Origin: Minwuia sp.
GTDB taxonomy: Bacteria > Pseudomonadota > Alphaproteobacteria > Minwuiales > Minwuiaceae
Reading direction: 5' to 3'
Length of the DNA: 64,000 nt
NCBI GenBank assembly: GCA_029213165.1
Contig: JARGNO010000005.1
Span: 42,418-106,417 of the forward strand
This document shows positions 10,181 to 20,600 of the stretch, piece after piece. Numbering within the stretch: the stretch's first letter is position 1; every line of letters starts with the position of its first letter. Both the position numbers and the translations under genes were made by a program. The notes below the pieces were generated by a model, which worked only from the letters and a program-made list of their open reading frames with translations, did no database searches and had not been told where the DNA came from.

Positions 10181-13100
10181 TCAGCCCACCTGTTCCGCAG
10201 CGCCAAGGAACTGGTCGAAATCGGCCAGACCGCCGGGCAAGCCATTCCCGTCAAACGAGAAATCCGCCGCATCCAGCGCACCGCCTGCACCAGTCACGGT
10301 GACCTGCCCCGATACCTGACCCCCATCCGCCGTTGTCAGGTTGCTGAGATCGATCACCGCATCCCCCGCCACGTCACTGATCAGCAGGTCGGCAAAGGTC
10401 AGTTCCTGCCCCGCACCGGAGCGCAACTGGCTGAGATCGATCAGGTCCGCGCCATCCTCGAAATCGGTGATGCCAAGACTGACCGAAAGGTCGCTGCCGT
10501 CGGCGGCACGCAACTGGAAGACGTCCGCATCCGCCCCGCCGGTGAAACTGACCGTCGAACCATCCGAGTGTCCGGCGACCAGCAGGTCGATGCCTCCGCC
10601 ACCATCCAGCAGGTCAGCGCCCGCGCGATCGGCAAGCAGGTCGTTGCCGAAACCACCTCTCAGAATGTCGGAGCCGGTCCCGCCATCGACAGCTTCCCCA
10701 CGGTTGCCACCGTTGAATGTGTCATCCTGGTCGGAAAGGGTCAGGAGGCCGCTTTCCCCGACCTGGAAACTGCGATCATCGAACTGCAGTGCGCCGACCT
10801 GGACACGGTCATCGCCCGCATCGCCATCGGCCGCATTCGTGTCCCGGACCAGAAATGCGGGACTGTCCGCATCAAGCGCCTGGCCATCCAGGGCCAGCAG
10901 ACGGTTGAACAACTCCACATCACGCGTATTCATCGCCGTGATCTCGAAGTCCTGGTGCGACCCACTGAAGATCGCCGTGGCCCGTTCCTGGCCGATCAGG
11001 ATGTCATTCTCAGTCCCGCCATCCAGCAGGTCATCGCCCGCACCGCCCGCCAGCGTGTCATCGCCCGCCTCACCGGTCAGGGAGTCACGCCCGTTGTCGA
11101 TGGCCAGCAGATCCTCGCCTGCCGAACCATTGGTCGTGATGATCGGTTCATCCACCCCCTGAATGGTGAAGGTCACGGTTCCGTCCCCTGTCGCGCCCTC
11201 GGGGTCGGTCACGGTGTAGTCAAAGGTGTCGGTGTCACTCTCACCGGCCCGCAACAGTTCGAACTGTCCGTTCGGATCATAGCTGAAGCTGCCGTCGGCA
11301 TTGACCGTCAGCAGGGCACCGGATGCCAGTGTCACCTGACTGCCGACATCTGCAGCCTGTCCGTTGACGGCGGCCACGGTGATGACATCACCTTCGGCAT
11401 CCACATCATTGGCAAGCAGGCTGCCCGCGAAGGCATCATCTTCGGTCGTCGTGAACGCATCATCCCCGGCGACGGGCGCGTCGTTTACGCCCGTGATGGA
11501 GATGGTCAGGGTCGCATCGTCCTGACCGCCGAAGCCGTCATCAGCGGTGTAGGTGACCGTCTCGACCTGTGTGTCACCGGTTCCCAGTGCCTCCAGCGCG
11601 CCGTTCGGATCCAGGCTGAAGTCACCATTGGCGTTGATGGTGAGCAATGCGCCGGAATTCAGCACGATCTGCGTTGCGACATTGCCCGCCGCCCCGTTGA
11701 CGGCGGCGACCGTCAGCGCATCGCCCTCCGGGTCATCATCATTCGCCAGGACGTTGCCGGTGATCGCCGCATCTTCGGTTGTCGTGACCGCATCATCCGC
11801 GGCATTCGGCACTTCGTTCTCGCCATTCACCGTGATGGTGGCATTGGCCGTATCCGTGCCGCCATTGCCGTCGTCGATGGTGTAGGTGAAACTGACGTCG
11901 CGCGTCTCCCCCTGCCCCAGGTCATCAAAGGCATTGTTGGGGTCGAAGGTGAATGTGCCGTCCGCGTTGAAATTCAGTATCGATCCATCAACATCGACGA
12001 ATGTGGTCACACCACTGCTCAGGTCGTTGTTGCCGAATGCCACCAGTGTCAGCGTGTCACCGTCAACATCGATGTCATTGGCAATCAGATCCCCGGCAAA
12101 CACCCCGTTCTGCGCGATCGAGAACGTGTCGTCCACGGCATCAGGCGCATCGTTCACCCCGGTGATCGTGACCGTCGCCGTCGCGGCATCCGTCAATCCG
12201 CCAGGATCGGTCGAGGTATAGGTGAAGCTGTCCGTCGCCGTCTGGCCAACACCCACATCCTCGAACTGGCCATTCGGATCATAGTCGAACGTACCGTCCT
12301 GGTTCAGCGTCAGCAGCGCTCCGGAAGCCAGGGCGAACTGGTTGCCGACATTGGCCGCAGCACCATCGACCGCGGCAACGGTGAGTACATCGGTATCGAC
12401 GTCCACATCATTCGTCAGGACGTTGCCACTGAACGGCGTGTCCTCATCCGTGGTGAACTGGTCATCGGTTGCAACCGGCGCATCATTCTCCCCGGTCACG
12501 GTGACATTGACGGTGGCCGTATCCGTGCCGCCATTGCCGTCACTGATGCTGTAGGTGAAGGCATCGGTGCCCGTCGCGCCTGCCGCGAGCGTATCGAACA
12601 GTCCCGATGTGCCCGCGTCGTAGCTGAATGAGCCATCCGCGTTCATCGTCAGCGTGGCACCGGACGGCAGGACCACCGAACTGCCGATGGAAGCGGCAGC
12701 GCCGTTCACCGCGGTAACGGTCAGCAGGTCGCCATCATCGACATCAGCATCATTGTCCAGGACCGAGCCTGTGACTGTTCCGCTTTCCGTCACGGTCGCC
12801 GCATCATCAACGGCATCAGGTGCGTCATTGACACCGGAAATGGTGACCGTGGCAGTGGCACTGTCGGTGCCGCCATTGCCGTCGCTGATGGTGTAGGTGA
12901 AGCTGTCGGCAGCGGTCGCGCCGACGCCAAGGTTCTCGAACTGGCCGTTCGGATCAAAATCGAAGGAGCCATCCGCGTTGACAGTCAGCAAGGCCCCGGA
13001 CCCGAGCGTCAGCGCCGAACCAACGTCGCCCGCATTGCCGTTCACAGCGGCAACCACAAGGGTGTCACCGTCTATGTCCTGATCGTTGCCGGTCAGGCTG

Positions 13101-14611
13101 CCTGTCACACTGGAATTCTCATCGGTTGCGATGGCATCGTCGACGGCATCCGGCGTGTCATTGACGCCGTTGACCGTCACATTGACCGTTCCGGTGTCGG
13201 TGCCGCCATTACCGTCCTGCACGGTATAGGTGAAGCTGTCCGCCGCACTGGCACCCGCAGCCAGTGTCTCGAACTGGCCATTCGGATCATAGTCGAAGGT
13301 GCCGTCCGCATTCATCGTCAGCAAGGCACCGGACGCGAGCGTCAGCTGGCTGCCAACGTCCGCGGCCTGCCCGTTCACGGCGCCGACCGTCAGAACGTCG
13401 CCCTGATCGACATCGGCGTCATTGTCCAGAACGGAACCGGCGACGGAGTCATCCTCTGTCGTCACCACCGCGTCATCGCCGGCAACCGGCGCATCGTTCA
13501 CACCCGCGATGTCGATGGTCACTGTCGAGCCGTCTGTACCGCCGTTCCCGTCCGAGATCGTGTAGAAGAACTGTTCCTGCGCAGCGGCACCGACGCCCAG
13601 TGTCTCGAACGCGCCGTTGGGATCGAACACCAGGGAACCGTCGGCGTTCACCGTCAGCAAGGCACCGGAGATCAGGGTCAGCTGCTGCCCGACATTTCCG
13701 GCCCCGCCATCGACAGCTGTCACGGTGAGCACGTCACCCTGGTCCAGTTCCTGATCGTTGGCGAGGATATTGGCAGTCGCAACGGCATCTTCCGTCGCCG
13801 CGACCGTGTCGGGATCCGCCACGGGGGCGTCATTCACACCATTGATCGTGATGGTGACTGTCGCATCGTTCACCGACCCGGCGGTGTCGGTTGCGGTATA
13901 TGTGAAGCTGTCGGTGTCGGTTGCCCCCACCGCCAGACCATCGAAGCGGCTTGCCGGATCATAGTTGAAGGTGCCGTCACTGTTGACCGTCAGCCGCGCG
14001 CCCGAGGCCAGGATGACCTCACTGCCCACATCACCGGTTGCGCCATTGACGGCCGCGACCGTCAGCCCACCCTGGCCGCCGACATCATTGGCCAGCACAT
14101 CACCGGCAACGGCATTGTCCTCATCGGTGGTGACGGCATCGTCCAGCGCCGAAAGTCCCGGATTGATGGCCAGGGAAGTCGGAATGAAGCCGAAGCCGTT
14201 GGGCAGGCTGGAAGTGGAAAAGTTGATGCTCTCACCGTCGAAAGCGCCGGCGACATCGAATGTGAGCGTCAGCAGGTTTTCCGGCAGATTGCCCGCGCCG
14301 GGAAAATTGCCGCCTTGCAGGATATTGGCGAGACTTGCCCAGTTGAATGAAATGAAGCTGTCGGTGTCTGCATCACCATCGAAGTCCTGCGTGTCCTGCT
14401 CGATGATCTGACCAAACGGCTGCAGGTCTGCCTGGCGAACATCAGACTGGATGGGGTCCAGCAGCTCCAGCGAGTTGAAATGGACCCGAAGCCCCAGGCC
14501 GGAGGTCGTCTCGTCCGCAACATCATTGTCGTAGACGACGGTGAAGCTGATCTGGTCACCGGCGACGACGTCGTTCAGAACGCCCGGGTTGGTGGTGATT
14601 AGGATGTTCAT
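10181..14611 (-). CDS. Large adhesin-like RTX protein (1476 aa): N-terminal cohesin-like module, 9 VCBS/Big_9 Ig repeats, RTX repeats and a T1SS target domain
   Basis: Nine ~110-aa DDA.TTxED...VLAND...LTVNADG.F.YDP...FTYT...GVNDAP repeats at about 11145-14150, plus GGxGxD repeats and a C-terminal ADFSFD. RBS GAGGGG. Confidence 0.9.
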   Translation of the reverse strand: MNILITTNPGVLNDVVAGDQISFTVVYDNDVADETTSGLGLRVHFNSLELLDPIQSDVRQADLQPFGQIIEQDTQDFDGDADTDSFISFNWASLANILQGGNFPGAGNLPENLLTLTFDVAGAFDGESINFSTSSLPNGFGFIPTSLAINPGLSALDDAVTTDEDNAVAGDVLANDVGGQGGLTVAAVNGATGDVGSEVILASGARLTVNSDGTFNYDPASRFDGLAVGATDTDSFTYTATDTAGSVNDATVTITINGVNDAPVADPDTVAATEDAVATANILANDQELDQGDVLTVTAVDGGAGNVGQQLTLISGALLTVNADGSLVFDPNGAFETLGVGAAAQEQFFYTISDGNGGTDGSTVTIDIAGVNDAPVAGDDAVVTTEDDSVAGSVLDNDADVDQGDVLTVGAVNGQAADVGSQLTLASGALLTMNADGTFDYDPNGQFETLAAGASAADSFTYTVQDGNGGTDTGTVNVTVNGVNDTPDAVDDAIATDENSSVTGSLTGNDQDIDGDTLVVAAVNGNAGDVGSALTLGSGALLTVNADGSFDFDPNGQFENLGVGATAADSFTYTISDGNGGTDSATATVTISGVNDAPDAVDDAATVTESGTVTGSVLDNDADVDDGDLLTVTAVNGAAASIGSSVVLPSGATLTMNADGSFSYDAGTSGLFDTLAAGATGTDAFTYSISDGNGGTDTATVNVTVTGENDAPVATDDQFTTDEDTPFSGNVLTNDVDVDTDVLTVAAVDGAAANVGNQFALASGALLTLNQDGTFDYDPNGQFEDVGVGQTATDSFTYTSTDPGGLTDAATATVTITGVNDAPDAVDDTFSIAQNGVFAGDLIANDIDVDGDTLTLVAFGNNDLSSGVTTFVDVDGSILNFNADGTFTFDPNNAFDDLGQGETRDVSFTYTIDDGNGGTDTANATITVNGENEVPNAADDAVTTTEDAAITGNVLANDDDPEGDALTVAAVNGAAGNVATQIVLNSGALLTINANGDFSLDPNGALEALGTGDTQVETVTYTADDGFGGQDDATLTISITGVNDAPVAGDDAFTTTEDDAFAGSLLANDVDAEGDVITVAAVNGQAADVGSQVTLASGALLTVNADGSFSYDPNGQFELLRAGESDTDTFDYTVTDPEGATGDGTVTFTIQGVDEPIITTNGSAGEDLLAIDNGRDSLTGEAGDDTLAGGAGDDLLDGGTENDILIGQERATAIFSGSHQDFEITAMNTRDVELFNRLLALDGQALDADSPAFLVRDTNAADGDAGDDRVQVGALQFDDRSFQVGESGLLTLSDQDDTFNGGNRGEAVDGGTGSDILRGGFGNDLLADRAGADLLDGGGGIDLLVAGHSDGSTVSFTGGADADVFQLRAADGSDLSVSLGITDFEDGADLIDLSQLRSGAGQELTFADLLISDVAGDAVIDLSNLTTADGGQVSGQVTVTGAGGALDAADFSFDGNGLPGGLADFDQFLGAAEQVG

Positions 14612-14696
14612 GACCTGGCCCCTCGTGCCCCTGCTGCTTCAAATGCGGACGGTTGTTCCGGCCTGCTTCTTTCTGGTGGTTTCATTGGTTCGTTCC

Positions 14697-17600
14697 TCAC
14701 TGGACTGCGGCCACGGCTGCTGCATCGGCAAGATCCGCAAGGGCGACATTGATATCGACGGCATCGAGGAAGCCTGAGATGTCCTCTGGTGTGGTGCGCA
14801 GGCCGTCCGGGTTGGCGAAGCTGGCGAGCTGTGACGCAGGGGCACCGAACAGGCGACCGAGGATGATCAGCCCGTCCGACAGGGCGTTCTGCACCCCGTC
14901 CCCGTCCACGTCGAAGAACCCGGCCTCCGCCTCCTGCAGCCGGAGCTCCAGCTCCGCAGGGTCCGCCCCCGGCGAACCCGCCGCCGCAAAGCCCGAAAGC
15001 TGCTGCACCGGCGCACCGAACATCCGCCCCAGCGCGATCAACCCGTCCGAAAGCGCATTCAGGTTGCCGTCGCCATCCAGATCCAGCGTCGCCTCCGCCA
15101 CATCCGTCACGTCGACCGTCAGCACATCCTCGAACGTCAGCCCGCCGCCATCGCGCGCCTCGACACGGATCTGATGGCTCTGCGCCGTCTCGAAATCCAG
15201 CGCATCATCACCCGCCACAACAATCCGGTCGCCATCCAGCGCAAAGCGCCCCCCCGCATCGTCCAGCAGCGCGAAGACCAGCGCGTCACCGTCCGGGTCC
15301 TCTCCACTCAACTGACCCACCACCGTCGCCGCCGCCGCATCTTCCGCCACCGTGGCATTGTCCAGTTCCACAGATGTCGGCGCCTCGTTCACATCCGTCA
15401 CGCCAACGTTCAGCGTCCGCGCCACCACCGCACCGGTGTTGCTGCTGATCTGCACCGTCAGCTCGTGCCCCGCCGCAGCCTCGAAATCCAGGCCGGAACC
15501 ATCCGCCACCCGAAGCTCGAAACCATCCAGCGAGAAACGGCCGCCCGCGTCATCCAGCAGGCTGAAGACGCCCGGATCATCCGGGTCCAGCACCAGACCG
15601 TCCGAAAGGTCCGCAACCAGGCTGCCGTCCGCCGTGTTCTCCGCCACCACGACATCATCCGGCAACGGCCAGCGGTCCCCCACCACCGCGAAGGATTCAC
15701 CCACGAAGATACGCCCGCCCGCCGTGCTGGAGGCGCTGAAGTTCACCGTGGCATCCGAACCGTTCACCGAGGTGAACAGGGCGTCGTAGAGCAGCTGGGT
15801 CTCGACACCGGGGAAGTTCTGGCCGAAATCCGCCCAGTTGGTGGCGATGAAGCTGTCCGTCGAGGCATCATTGTCGAAGTCGGAGGTATCCAGTTCGACA
15901 ACCTGGCCAAACGGCTGCAAAGCCGTCTGCAACAGGTTCTCGAAGCCCACGAAGCTCAACGCCGTGCTGTCGAAATGTACCCGGAGTCCCAGACCCGAAA
16001 GCGACGCATCAACCGGATCCGCCGTCGTGTACTCCGCCGAAACAACAACCGTCTCTCCAGAACCCGATATCGAACCGCCAACAACAGGTGTCACAAGCTG
16101 GAATGCGGCATCCTCGACACCGACAGTAGCCGTCCGCTCCACCGACGCGCCGGTGTTGCTGTCGATGCGGATGGTGATGTCGTGTGCCGTCGCTGTCTCG
16201 AAATCGATCAGGTCGCCGTTGGCCACTTCCAGCACGAAACCGTTCAGGCGGAACCGCCCGCCCGCATCATCCAGCAGTGTGAAGGCACCGGGATCATCGG
16301 GATCAATGTTGGCCGGGCTGAGGTCGGCGACCACGACCCCTGAAAGCGCTCCCTCCGTGACCAGCAGATCGTCAGGCAAGGGCCAGCGATCAGCAACGAC
16401 TTCGAATGATGTCGCATCGAACCCGAATCCGTTCGGTACACTGGATGCGGAATAGTTGATCGAGGTGTCAGCCAGGTTGCCGGTCACGGTGAACGTGGAA
16501 TCCAGCAGCACCTGGGGCAGGTTGCCCGGTCCCGGCCAGTTGCCGCCGAAGTCGGCCCAGTTGAAGGCAACGAAGGTGTCGGTCGACGCGTCGTTGTCGA
16601 AATCCTGCGTATCGGCCTCGATCACCTGACCGAAGGGCTGCAGCGATCGTGCGAAGACGTTCGATGCCAGATCATAGGTCAGGATGGTGCTGTCGAAATG
16701 AATCCGCAGACCGATACCGGTGGTTGCCTCATCGCCCAGAGCATTCGAATAGACTGTCGAGAAGCTGAAGCTTTCCCCCGTGTCGGCGATGACGCCAGGA
16801 ATGGACGGGGTGATAATGACGTCTGTGCTGTCCGGCACGGGGGCATCTCCCTGTATCAGGAACGTTCCGCCATCGGTGGTGGCGATCAGATCGGCGCGGC
16901 CATCGCCATCTATATCCGTGGTGACCATCCGTCTGATGTTCGCGCCGAGATCGACCGGTGCGGTGAAATCCGAAAGATCAGACCCGGAAAGGATGCGGAT
17001 GGCGGAACCATTGGCGGTGACAATCTCTGACTGTCCGTCGCCATCGATGTCCGCCCCGGCAGCCACCGAGAAGGTGATGCCGGTCCGGGTTCCGAGCAGG
17101 TTGAGGTCATGGTCGAACAGGCGCAGGTCCTGGCTGCTGCCGTGGCTCACGACGATCTCGAGGTCGCCGTCACCATCAATGTCGTGCGCCAACAGGGTCG
17201 CCGGGGCGTTGGCGATTGTCGTGGCCCGATGCTCGACCGTGCCGTCCGCGCCCAGCACCTGGATCTCCGTCAGGCCCGGGTGCTGGGCCGTATGGCCGCT
17301 GGACAACAGGATCTCGTTCACCCCGTCACCATCCAGATCGACGATGATCTGCTCGACCGAGCCCGAGGTCGTTCCGCCACTGGCGAGAACAATATCCGCA
17401 ACCAGGGTCTCGGAGCCATCCTCCGCGACAATGATCGTGCTGGCACGGTTGTCCCGGGTCAGCGTTCCGGTCCCGTCCGCGCCATTGCCGGTGGCACCGT
17501 TCAGCGGTGTGAAGATGTTCAGCGCGAAGTCGAGCGTGCCGTCATTGCCCAGATCGCCGACGCTCACGCTGGTGACTTCCGGTCCGGTATCGAACAGGAA

Positions 17601-20600
17601 CTGCTCGGCACCGTCGTTCAGGTCGTAGACCGCCACCCCGCGTGGATCCAGGTCGAAGCCGGATCGGAAGGCCACAGCCAGGTCACCATCACCAAGATAG
17701 GCAACCGGATACATCTGCAGGTTACCGGCGTCGCTGCCGTCACCCGGCCCGGCGATGGTCTGCAGGACCGTCCCGTCCCCATCCACCACATTGACCTGCA
17801 GGTTCGTGGTGCCGCGCGACCCGGCAATGATCTCCAGGTCGCCATCACCATTGATATCCTCCAGAATTACGTCACGCGGCGTCGCACCGACCGTGGCTGT
17901 GGCGACCGTCTGGCCAGCACCATCCACGATCCGGATTCCCGATGGCCCGGCGATAACGATCTCCGCATTGCCGTCCCCGGTCACGTCACCAATGGCGAGA
18001 TGGAAGCCCTGTTCGCCCGAAAGCGTCGTGATATCCGGTGCCGACCAGTCCTGGGCGGCATAGTCCGTCGGATCACCCAGCGCCTTGTCGACAGTGCGCC
18101 CCGTGTAGCGCCAGTCGCCGTCCGCAACTTCGAGATCACGGGCGGCCTCAAAGGGCCGGTCCGGTGCGTCGGCGAAAATGAAATCACCGGCCTGCGGCCC
18201 CGGCCCGACAAAGGTTTCGATCACCAGGGTCTGGGTCGGACTCAATGTGACTTCCAGGCTGCCGAGCGGTTCACCTATGGCAGACAGAACCGGCAGATCC
18301 TGGCTGACGGCGAGCAGGCCGTCAAAGTCGAAGATGTCAAAGGCCCTGAGGTCGATCAGATCACTTCCTGACTCCAGCCCGCCGATGATCGTGGATCCAT
18401 CGGCCACACCGATCTGGAACAGGTCACTCCCCGCGCCGCCAACCAGCAGATCCACACCATCACCGCCGGAGAGGGTATCGTCACCGTCTCCACCGATCAG
18501 CGTGTCGTCGCCTCCCTCCCCCAGCAGGATGTCGTCACCGTCATCACCGCTCAACAGATCATCCCCGGCACGACCGGCGACAGTGTCGGCACCACCAAGA
18601 CCACCAATCAGGTCATTCGCCGCAGACCCGACCAGCCCGTCACTACCGCCGGATCCCTGGGTCAGGTCAAAGGTGATATCGGTGAATTCCAGGATCTCGA
18701 ACGCGGCATCAAGCGAATCCTGCTCACCGTCACCAAAAGGCGAAATGCGCAAGCCGCTGCCATTGCTGATGAATTCGACACCAAACGGGTCGAGTGCAAA
18801 GTCGAAGACGGCCTGGTCAGTGCCGGTGCCGCCCGCCAGCGTGTCGTCGCCGAAGCCGCCGGACAGTGTGTCGTCGCCATCGCCGCCGCTCAACAACTCG
18901 CCGCCCGCCGAACCGCGCAGCAGATCGCCAAAGCCGGAGCCGAACACCTGCTCGATACTGACCAGCGTGTCACTGCCCTGCCCGCTGGCGGTCCCCTGCG
19001 CCAGATCGACCTGAACCGCCCCGGTGGAGAGGCCATGATTCAGGATATCCGTGCCGACACCTCCGTCAATCAGGTCATTGCCCGGACTGCCTGCGAACTC
19101 ATCATCGCCGCTGCCGCCAAACTGCTGGTCGTCACCACTGCCGCCGGACAGCAAGTCGCTGCCGTCACCGCCCACCAGCGTGTCATTGCCATCGCCGCCG
19201 GCCAGAATGTCCTGCGCCGCACCACCTTCAAGCCGGTTCGCCGCCGCATTGCCCGTCAAGGTGTCCGCATCCACCGTGCCGACGACATTCTCGATGCCGA
19301 TCAGCGTGTCATTGCCCTGACCCGACGCGGTCCCGGCCACGAGGTCGACATCCACGCCGATGAAACTGCTGCTGAAGTCTGCCGTGTCCGTATCGGCGCC
19401 ACCGTCCAGCGTGTCGTCACCACCACCGCCGGAGAGGGTGTCATTGCCATCATTGCCCTGCAGCAGGTTGGCGACCCCATCGCCCGCAAGCAGGTCGCCC
19501 AGGGCACTGCCCGAAACTGCTTCGATGCCTGAGAGGGTGTCGGTACCTTCACCGGTCACCTGCCCGGTCACGAGATCCGCTGCAACCGCATCGGGACTGG
19601 AGACATAATCCGCCAGATCGAAGCCTGTCCCTCCGATCAGGTGGTCATTCCCGGCCCCGCCATCCAGCGTGTCATCACCGTCGCCACCATCCAGCGTGTC
19701 ATCACCGGGGGTACTTCCATTGCCGCCAGGCACCACGATCTCGTCTTCTCCGACCAGAAGGTCGTTGCCGGCTCCGCCAAAGACCTGATCGTCACCGTCG
19801 CCGCCCTCGACGAAATCATCCCCAGCTTCCCCGAAGATTGTATCGGCACCTCCAGCACCCAGGATATCGTCCGAGCCTGCACCACCCAGAATGAGGTTGG
19901 CCTGCAGGTCGCCGGTCACGATATCGTCGAAGTCACTTCCGATCAGGTTCTCGATGCCCGCCAGGCTATCCTGCCCCTCACCCGTCACGTCCGGGGCTCG
20001 GGTGATGGCGCTGCTGGTCCCCAGTGCGAGCCTCATCCCCTGCGCGGCATTGCTGAAGTCGGCCGTATCCACACCTGCACCGCCATCCAGGTTGTCGTCA
20101 CCCAGACCACCACTCAGCGTGTCATCGCCATCGTTGCCCTGAAGAATGTCGTCCGCGGCACCCCCGAACAGCAGATCGTCGCCGTCATTGCCCTGGATCA
20201 GGTCGTTGCCGCCATTGCCGCTGAGCGTGTCGTTGCCTGCACCACCACCGATGACGTCATTGCCGGCACCGGCACCGCCATCGACCTCGATCGTCTGTGC
20301 GGTACTGACGGACGTCCCGTCGGTGGCGATCAGCCTTGCCTCGACAATGTCATCGGCGCCCACATCAAGGCCGCTCACCTGGGCAGAGAACCGCAGGCCG
20401 AACGGCGTGGAGACGAGCGCTGCTGCCGGGATGGTGGTTTGCAGGATGCCATTGACCCTGATCTCGACCCGGTCGATTTCACCTGCATCGACATCCGCGC
20501 CCTGCAGATTGGCGTCAAGTGCCTGCGGGTCCGCGGCAAGCTCCACCGAACCATTGTCCAGCCCGTCATCCAGCAGGTCGAGGTCGAGAAGGTTGTTGCC

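Noticed and set aside
14612-14696. Possible frameshift or split between P1 and P2
   Set aside because: The genes are in different frames, 85 nt apart, and P2 has its own GAGGGG RBS, so they read as two genuine genes.
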